This document shows, in pieces, positions 26,978 to 33,342 of a DNA stretch of 33,342 bases (position 1 is the stretch's first letter; each line of letters starts with the position of its first letter). Where the stretch lies: NCBI GenBank assembly GCA_038243585.1, contig JBBSQY010000037.1, forward strand, positions 1-33,342. The letters are read 5' to 3'. The translations under genes and the position numbers were made by a program. The notes below the pieces were generated by a model. That model saw only the letters and a program-made list of their open reading frames with translations. It had not been told where the DNA came from and searched no databases. This DNA is from Candidatus Sumerlaeales bacterium. Its GTDB lineage: Bacteria > Sumerlaeota > Sumerlaeia > Sumerlaeales > Sumerlaeaceae.

Positions 26978-29278
26978 TTACCTTGAAGCATTCACCAGCC
27001 AGATGCTCGTTCCATCCGTTGTTAAAAGTTTATCTTCACTTATGAACGTCGCTGTTGAATCGTTATAAATAGTTGGAATGTACGAGTAGTTGGTTATCAT
27101 GGATTCAGGTTCCAGCTTGCCGCCTTTAAATCTGACAATGGCCACGTACCCATTCTGAACCACCACCAGCTTTGGCGAGTTATCCCAAACAGTGCCAGGC
27201 CAGTCAGACCCATAAAATGACATATGATTCCGCGGAATAGGGCTTTGAAGGCTCATAGTAGCCGCGGCCGGCCATGGCATGGGTATGGGGATATCAGTCT
27301 TCGTGCCGGTCTCGAGATTAAAAACCATCACGCCGGATTCATAAGGAAAATTCTCATGCAGAATTTTCTCGGCGGCTGAAATCGGGCTGAACTTTCGGTA
27401 ACTGAACCAAATATGCGGATCGCCGGACGGAGTGTTAACTGGCACTTCCCAAAGCCAGCCAATAAGTATGACCGTAGTGCCGTCGTCGCTGCGGCTACTG
27501 TTGAGGATCTCCCATTTCTTTAGAAGTTGAGCGCCAGTTGTTTCCGCCGCCTCGGCCCGCGCCCGGCTCTCCAGCTGGCGATACACCCGTGGACTTCCAT
27601 CATCGGATATGGCGGATCGGTATGACATGGCCCATCCATAGTCGGATGATACCTGGTCCACTTCTCCCCTCACCCATCCGGCGGTTATGTAGACTCCATA
27701 ATTATCAGTGGGCTTGAGTATCGCAGTGGAGGTTGCGCCGGAGTCATTTATTAAAGATACAGTAAAGACGTTATCCATACGCTGCGTCCAATTCAATAGG
27801 AGCTTCTTTCGCTCCGCAGGAGCAAGCTCTTTGCCGCCGTCCTTCCAGATGATCCCACGATCTCCAATGGACACCTCGACATCATCTGGCCCAATGAGAT
27901 AGCTACGATTCACCTTGTCGTTTTTTATTATTTCGAGACGTCCATTGCCGGATTTAAGGACCGGTTCCGTTTTTGGGTTTGCCGGAATAGCCTGTCCGGA
28001 CATGACAAACGTGGATTGTGTCGGTTTAACCATAGAAAAGTTGAAGCTGCTTTGCAAGCGGTAGAACCAGGATTCGGGCATAATAGCTGAACTGATTGCG
28101 AGACCAAAAGGGCCGCAGATAATCTTTCGAGAACGGTCGGAATCCAACCCGAGAATCCACCGGCCGTCGGCCGACCAACCCGTCAGCTCAAGATCCGGCG
28201 ACTGGGTAAACTCATGGATTTCACCATTGTAGTTCACAGCAAACAGGTGCCTGGAAGTATCCTCTGCAGAAGACCAGGTTCTCCAGGAAATGCGGGTAGC
28301 CTCGCCGAAAACCAATTGGGAGTCGTACCGTTTTTTATCAGGAAACAACTCCAGACGAGCGGAGAAATCACGATTATGTTCCGATCGAAGGGTTGCCAGT
28401 TGCATCGCTCTGGAAGTGGAGGTTTTTTCTTCGTCCATTTGCCACATCATAGGTCGACTACCATGATTATAAGATACCGCGTGCTGGATAAGCGATCTCT
28501 CTGTCACCACATTCCACAAGGTCAGCCCAAATGTAATGGCGACCAACGCGACGGCGTGAAATAGTAGCTGCCGTCGGCTGGGCTGTTTGCCCTGGACAAG
28601 AAGCCGTGCTCCTAGCCACGCGAACACGCCGGCGATTATCAGCAGACGAAACGCGAGCGCCCAGTCTTTCCAAATCGCCTGCGAGTAGCCGAAAGGCCCA
28701 GGGAAAACGAGGCGGCTTGGGTCAGCCATGTACATGACCAGGATGAGGGCTGTAACTGGTACGGCGCTGATGAGGAGGCCCTGGTAGTCGTCTCGGGCGA
28801 GGGAACCGGAGTAGAACCCGATTGCGCCGCAAAGGAGCGCGGTCCAGCCGGGCCAGGCGTCGCGGAAAATCCAAAAGATTGAATATTCCCTAGCCGGGAT
28901 CGCCAACTGAAGCAGGTAGGGCAGCGTGCCACCAACAACCGCGCAAAGCAGCGCGACGACCGTGAGCTTAGTCCCAAAGATTCGCCTGCCACTAGCCGGA
29001 AGCGCGGCCTGCCAGGCCAACACGCCCATGGCTTTCTCTGCAGCCGCAGCGGTAGATCCTATCATCAGCGGAAGTATGAAAACGAGCATGGGAAGAAGCC
29101 CCGTCGTGAAAAGCGCAGCGCGTAGTTCATCGGTGGAGAAGCCGGCGAAGTCCTGCCGCGTGACGGCAAGCATCAGCAACACGGCAGCTCCAAGAACGAC
29201 CACCGCAAGCGTTAACAGCATGGGGTTGCGCTGCAGGCGCAGTTCCTTCTGGAAAAGTTCCCGAGTCAATCCTATCAT
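26978..29278 (-). CDS. ABC-2 type permease fused to a roughly 500-aa extramembrane domain
   Basis: LFQKELR start, about 6 TM, AAEKAMGVLAWQAALPASGRRIFGTKL (ABC-2 E-x-x-x-G...LP...K motif); hydrophilic C-terminal part with WSADGRWI / ISDDG / RSDDGTTV repeats. ATGA overlap. Confidence 0.75.
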   Translation of the reverse strand: MIGLTRELFQKELRLQRNPMLLTLAVVVLGAAVLLMLAVTRQDFAGFSTDELRAALFTTGLLPMLVFILPLMIGSTAAAAEKAMGVLAWQAALPASGRRIFGTKLTVVALLCAVVGGTLPYLLQLAIPAREYSIFWIFRDAWPGWTALLCGAIGFYSGSLARDDYQGLLISAVPVTALILVMYMADPSRLVFPGPFGYSQAIWKDWALAFRLLIIAGVFAWLGARLLVQGKQPSRRQLLFHAVALVAITFGLTLWNVVTERSLIQHAVSYNHGSRPMMWQMDEEKTSTSRAMQLATLRSEHNRDFSARLELFPDKKRYDSQLVFGEATRISWRTWSSAEDTSRHLFAVNYNGEIHEFTQSPDLELTGWSADGRWILGLDSDRSRKIICGPFGLAISSAIMPESWFYRLQSSFNFSMVKPTQSTFVMSGQAIPANPKTEPVLKSGNGRLEIIKNDKVNRSYLIGPDDVEVSIGDRGIIWKDGGKELAPAERKKLLLNWTQRMDNVFTVSLINDSGATSTAILKPTDNYGVYITAGWVRGEVDQVSSDYGWAMSYRSAISDDGSPRVYRQLESRARAEAAETTGAQLLKKWEILNSSRSDDGTTVILIGWLWEVPVNTPSGDPHIWFSYRKFSPISAAEKILHENFPYESGVMVFNLETGTKTDIPIPMPWPAAATMSLQSPIPRNHMSFYGSDWPGTVWDNSPKLVVVQNGYVAIVRFKGGKLEPESMITNYSYIPTIYNDSTATFISEDKLLTTDGTSIWLVNASR

Positions 29279-29982
29279 GACCGCACCTCCAGACGAAGCC
29301 AGAGCCGCCAGGCGATGATATAAGCGATCGCTCCAAAGACAAGAACGAACCAGAACTCTGCGTTAACTGGAGACTTAAGCTGATCTCCGGGTTTCAATGC
29401 TAAATCTAAACCAATGATTGCATCGACAAGTACGAACAGCAACAAAACGATCAGAGGTGAAATCAATATGGCAGTCCACACGAGCAAGGGGCGTTTTAAG
29501 AGGATTGCCAGCAGGACGCCGACGGTTGCGTAGCACCAGGCCAATGCTGTTAACGTAACAACTGCTGCAGCCATTAAGAACTGATCCGTGTGTGTCCACG
29601 ACGTCCATGGATGAGGCAAGGGGACGGCGCAAAGCAATACCGGAAGGAAGAGCATCAGGGCTAAACTTCCAGTTCGAACAAACCAGACGGAGGAACGACT
29701 GCGTGGCGATGTCAGCAACGTCGCCATCGTGCTGCTGGCGGAATCTGAACAAAAAACCCGCGCCACAATGGCGGGACCTACGAGACCGACTGTCGCCGCA
29801 ATCCACGGCCATGCATCAATATCTAGCGGTGCGCCAAGTGGTCCCAAGGGTAATAGCCAGAGGCTCATTACAGCCGTCATATATACCACCCACGGCCAGA
29901 ATGCATGGCGAAAATCCACCAGCGCCAGTTCCATCCACCATGGGTGCGGCTTGCGATGGGCAATATTTGAGACGGCGCTCAT
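29275..29982 (-). CDS. ABC-2 type permease
   Basis: About 6 TM; TMATLLTSPRSRSSVWFVR motif; 4-nt overlaps with both neighbours. Confidence 0.75.
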   Translation of the reverse strand: MSAVSNIAHRKPHPWWMELALVDFRHAFWPWVVYMTAVMSLWLLPLGPLGAPLDIDAWPWIAATVGLVGPAIVARVFCSDSASSTMATLLTSPRSRSSVWFVRTGSLALMLFLPVLLCAVPLPHPWTSWTHTDQFLMAAAVVTLTALAWCYATVGVLLAILLKRPLLVWTAILISPLIVLLLFVLVDAIIGLDLALKPGDQLKSPVNAEFWFVLVFGAIAYIIAWRLWLRLEVRS

Positions 29983-30950
29983 AACTCGCGCCGCCCTTCC
30001 TGCTCATTTGGCATAGCGCTAGTGGCGACAAAGATTTCTTCGAGGGTGAGGGGTTCGACTTCCACTGTCTCCGCGCCGAGCGCCCGTAAGTTATCTTCCT
30101 GTTCCGGGGTGTATTTGGTAGTCAGCAGCCGCGCCGCGCCTTCGGTTTCGTCGGGTTCTCTATAGCCCAATTCCGCCGGCAGATCCGGCACCGTGCCGGG
30201 CCAGCGGGCGTGGATTCTTCGGCAATGTTCGCGCGCCTTGTCGGTCTGCATGGTAATGCGTGCCCGGCCTTTCTCCACGATGGTAAATTCATCAATCAGG
30301 CCTTCCCATTCGGCGATAAGGTGGGTGCTGACCAGGACGGTTTTTTGTCCGGGGGCAGAGTCCATGTAGGCACCGATAACAGTTTGGAGGAATTCCCGTC
30401 GGATGATTGGGTCGAGGCCGGAGGTTGGTTCGTCCAGGAGGAGAAGGTCGGGCTCGTGGCAGACAGCGCAGATGAGAGCGAGCTGGCTGCGCATCCCTTT
30501 GCTCATGGCGTCGACGCGTTTTTTTGGGTCGAGGTCGAAGCAGGCAGTTAGCTGGCTTTGCAGGTCGTGGTTCCAGTGGAGTCGAAACGCGGAGTGATAG
30601 CGGAGGACGCGAGCGACGGTCATCCACGGATGGAAACTGACATGCTCGGGCACGTAGCCGACGCGGGATTTGACGGCGACATCATCTTTTTGAGGAGACA
30701 AACCGAAAACTTTTATATCGCCGGATTGGGGCCGGAGCAGATTGAGCAGACATTTGATCGTGGTGCTCTTGCCAGCGCCGTTGCGCCCGAACAAGCCGTA
30801 ACACCGTCCGCCGGGAACGCGGAGATTGAGGCCGCGAACGGCCTCGGTTTTCCCGTATGCGCAGTGGAGGTCATGCACCTCAACAGCAAGGGCAGGGACG
30901 TTTTGAATTGCCGAAGTCAAACTGGGATCTGTTTGTTTTGAGTCATTCAT
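29979..30950 (-). CDS. ABC transporter ATP-binding protein (YtrB-like)
   Basis: Walker A GRNGAGKS, signature MSKGM, Walker B LLLLDEPTSGLDP, H-loop STH. SD GGAGG. Confidence 0.95.
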   Translation of the reverse strand: MNDSKQTDPSLTSAIQNVPALAVEVHDLHCAYGKTEAVRGLNLRVPGGRCYGLFGRNGAGKSTTIKCLLNLLRPQSGDIKVFGLSPQKDDVAVKSRVGYVPEHVSFHPWMTVARVLRYHSAFRLHWNHDLQSQLTACFDLDPKKRVDAMSKGMRSQLALICAVCHEPDLLLLDEPTSGLDPIIRREFLQTVIGAYMDSAPGQKTVLVSTHLIAEWEGLIDEFTIVEKGRARITMQTDKAREHCRRIHARWPGTVPDLPAELGYREPDETEGAARLLTTKYTPEQEDNLRALGAETVEVEPLTLEEIFVATSAMPNEQEGRREL

Positions 30951-30977
30951 AGAAATAGCCTCCGGGTAATTGACGCA

Positions 30978-31376
30978 TCATTTGCTCTCCCCTCTTCGTT
31001 TGTTGAAGCTTATCAGGCTGGCTTCGGCTATGCGCATAAATTCTTCGTCGCTGATGTCCAGATGCCGCGCCTGCACGATGGCGGCGTCGATGGCTTCCTG
31101 AGCGAGCTGCTTTCTCGCGGCAGTGGAAAGCTGGTTTGCAAAGTCGGCGATGAAAACGCCGAGGCCGTGGCGGGTGGCGGTCACGCCGAGATGATCCAGT
31201 TCCGTGTAGGCGCGGGCGACGGTGTTGCGGTTGATGCGAAGCTGCTCCGCCAGATCTCGGATGGACGGCAACTGGTCTCCCGACCTCAGCGTGCCCGAGG
31301 CGGCACTGATCTGCACCTGTTCCACAATCTGGAGGTATGCCGGCTTGCCGGATTTATAATTGATCTCGATATGCAT
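30978..31376 (-). CDS. GntR family transcriptional regulator, YtrA subfamily
   Basis: PAYLQIVEQV...LPSIRDLAEQLRINRNTVARAYTEL...GLGVFI wHTH with a short C-terminal helical domain; first gene of an ABC operon. Confidence 0.95.
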   Translation of the reverse strand: MHIEINYKSGKPAYLQIVEQVQISAASGTLRSGDQLPSIRDLAEQLRINRNTVARAYTELDHLGVTATRHGLGVFIADFANQLSTAARKQLAQEAIDAAIVQARHLDISDEEFMRIAEASLISFNKRRGESK

Positions 31377-31393
31377 AATAAACCTGTCTCGTT

Positions 31394-31423
31394 CTGTCCT
31401 AATACACTATGACAGTTGGTCAA
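31394..31423 (-). promoter_or_regulatory. YtrA-type operator next to a -35 box
   Basis: Imperfect palindrome CTGTCATAGTGTATTAGGACAG (31415-31394; TGT-N2-TA-N6-TA-N2-ACA) directly downstream of TTGACC (31423-31418), 17 nt before the GntR start. Confidence 0.7.
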
Positions 31424-31553
31424 TAGAAATGTTGCATAAATTTAAACTTGGGCCTGGTTTCATAGAAGTCAAAAGCGCGGCAGAACGCAGAATCATACAA
31501 AAAAAAAGAGCTCACTGGTCGTGTCGTCAGAATTGATGCGATAGTGCAATAAC

Positions 31554-31585
31554 AAAAAAAAACCCCGGCCTATAGGGCCGGGGTT
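31554..31585 (-). terminator. Rho-independent terminator of the beta-helix gene
   Basis: AACCCCGGCC (31561-70) / GGCCGGGGTT (31576-85), 5-nt loop; the A-run 31554-31562 is the minus-strand U-tail. Confidence 0.9.
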
Positions 31586-31611
31586 GAGTAACTCATTTTT
31601 TGGCTTAACGC

Positions 31612-33135
31612 TTAGTAGACGCTCCAGTCACTTACGGCTGACCCTACGACTTTAAAGAAATCCGGTGAGAATGGATCCGTCATGTTTACGTATTCGACGG
31701 CTTGGTTTGTCACGGTAGGGTCCAGGTTAATAACACCCGTACCAACGGTTGGCGGAGTACGCAATGCATTGGCACCAGCCGTTGATAAAATGGTGTTGGA
31801 AACATTAACGGTTCCCGTCCCGTTGTTGACGATGCCGTGTTTATCGTTTCCCGTAAATACGCTGTTGGTGATATTCAAAATACGGTTCGACGCCAGAGCT
31901 AGATAAATTCCGCCCGGCGTTGCGCCGCTTCCAGCATTATGAATAACAAGGTTATCCATGGTGATCGTCCCGGACGCTTCGCCATTTGGGGGTAATGCGC
32001 CGCTTGCAGCCAGGCGTATACCATCGTCAAGGCCATTAGCGATCACGGTATTGGTCACAGAATTTACAAACGCGCGGGCAAGGACTTCTGAAATGGCGTT
32101 GCCGGTAATATTAAAGAACCGCGCATAGTTAACGTTGACTGCAGTTGGCTGCGTTGCGCCAGTGGTATCGGAACCGTTGTAAATGGTTTGCGCTCCCAGG
32201 ATTTCCCGAAAGACGACCGGGTTGCTGGCCGTACCATTCACATTAACAATGCCGCCGTAAGGATTCTGAATGGCGCGTCCATCAATATTGGCAAATACAC
32301 ACCCCTCGTTGATATTAACAGTGCAGTTAATCAGATCTGAGGTCGTGCCGTTCATGTATGCAATAATTCCATCGGCGTTGTGACCGGCCGAAACTGAGGA
32401 AAACGACGCGATGACAGTGTTCTTTAAGTTTAGGGTAAGATCGCCTCTTTCAAATCGGGATAAAGCCCAAATTGCATCACCTTTGTCTCCCAGTGTGACT
32501 ACGCCAGACGCATTCAAATCCGGGGCGGGCTCGCGACCGGTAGTAACTATTGGCAAGTTGCTACCATTGTTGGATGTAAGCACACAATTCTCAAGATTAA
32601 CCGTGAGGTCATCGGAACTGGTAGGTGACTTTATAAGCAACAACCCACGCATCGTAGCATCCGTAGGCACAAATGCGATATTTTTGAGAGTTAACACGCC
32701 AGCCTGACGCCAGGCAAAGGACGGCCTCACAGGAGGACTGTTCACTGAATTGGTCTCACGAAGCACCTGTTCGCCGTTCTGCAGAGGCTGACCCGCTAAT
32801 GTAGCCAGACCACCGGCACCCTGAATCGTCATATCGCCCGCGATAGTCATAGCTGCGGTGGGATGTTCGATATCGGCGTTTACTTTATCAATTACGGGTG
32901 TGCCGGGGGCAATATTAATGACGTTAGCCGCAATATTTCCCGCATTAGATCCCGTTCCGGTGGCAAAGCTGGCAACCGCGTCGTGAAGCGTATTAAAAGT
33001 TGTTGTGCCGTTGGGCGAGGCATTGGCCGCGTCGACTGTAACAGTTTGCCCGGATGAAGCGCCTGCAATACAAACTGCCGCAATAGCCCCACCCCACGTG
33101 AGAGCATTGCTTCTAAAAAAATGTTTTGAGATCAT
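31612..33135 (-). CDS. Secreted right-handed beta-helix (pectin-lyase-like fold) protein with SAVSDWSVY tail
   Basis: ATG 33135 after AAGGGG; signal peptide; TVTVD...FNTLHDAV...VINIAPG start typical of beta-helix proteins; Asn/Gly/Thr-rich repeats (LTLKNIAF, VNLENCVL, LNLKNTVI, ININEGCVF-like, NITNSVFTGN). Confidence 0.75.
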   Translation of the reverse strand: MISKHFFRSNALTWGGAIAAVCIAGASSGQTVTVDAANASPNGTTTFNTLHDAVASFATGTGSNAGNIAANVINIAPGTPVIDKVNADIEHPTAAMTIAGDMTIQGAGGLATLAGQPLQNGEQVLRETNSVNSPPVRPSFAWRQAGVLTLKNIAFVPTDATMRGLLLIKSPTSSDDLTVNLENCVLTSNNGSNLPIVTTGREPAPDLNASGVVTLGDKGDAIWALSRFERGDLTLNLKNTVIASFSSVSAGHNADGIIAYMNGTTSDLINCTVNINEGCVFANIDGRAIQNPYGGIVNVNGTASNPVVFREILGAQTIYNGSDTTGATQPTAVNVNYARFFNITGNAISEVLARAFVNSVTNTVIANGLDDGIRLAASGALPPNGEASGTITMDNLVIHNAGSGATPGGIYLALASNRILNITNSVFTGNDKHGIVNNGTGTVNVSNTILSTAGANALRTPPTVGTGVINLDPTVTNQAVEYVNMTDPFSPDFFKVVGSAVSDWSVY

Positions 33136-33267
33136 TACAAGATTCCCCTTACCTTTCAAATTGTGTATCGCTACTAGAGAATACATGCAAATTATATTAC
33201 AAATCTGCATTCCAGTACTCTAGACCACAAACAAGCGCAATTAAATTAACAAATCAAAAAGATAATA

Positions 33268-33342
33268 CTTGAAAGCCTGATTTCACAGTGGTTATGGTTA
33301 GTTATCGAATCAAACTATAATCACAAGAGGCAGGCTTTCAAG
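33268..33342. promoter_or_regulatory. Inverted repeat containing two face-to-face sigma70-like promoters
   Basis: CTTGAAAGCCTG 33268-79 / CAGGCTTTCAAG 33331-42 (perfect). Minus strand TTGAAA-N16-TATAGT; plus strand TTGAAA-N18-TATGGT. Confidence 0.55.

Noticed and set aside
1..33342. CRISPR arrays, tRNA/rRNA, integrases, defence or toxin-antitoxin genes
   Set aside because: No regularly spaced repeats, cloverleaf or rRNA motifs, or matching protein signatures were seen on either strand.

Overview
Bacterial chromosomal window from a diderm (it encodes a secretin), probably aerobic organism of moderate GC, with 23 supportable CDS. No rRNA, tRNA, CRISPR array or transposase was recognised. In order: a 5'-truncated GH57/DUF3536 gene and treY; a secreted C39-like peptidase; a GT-C glycosyltransferase with TPR; an exported Gfo/Idh/MocA oxidoreductase; a secreted GH43; a patatin; dapF; a haem-A/cytochrome-oxidase assembly operon (ctaA-ctaB-SCO-DUF420) behind a Rex/CRP-type palindrome; an atypical pilM-pilN-pilO-(pilP-like)-pilQ operon; a secreted propeller-like protein; cstA; a YtrA-type GntR/ABC exporter operon with its operator; and a secreted beta-helix protein. 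The strongest unexplained signal is that two unrelated secreted proteins 20 kb apart end in the same 9-residue tail (SAVTDWQLY* and SAVSDWSVY*), conserved at protein rather than DNA level. This is a candidate lineage-specific C-terminal sorting/secretion signal. Other leads: a promoter-preceded nested-stem RNA candidate at about 11437-11600, a likely ATA start codon at 6776, Gln at +1 of most predicted signal-peptide cleavages, and a mirror-image promoter pair at the window end. All domain calls come from motif recognition by eye, not database searches.
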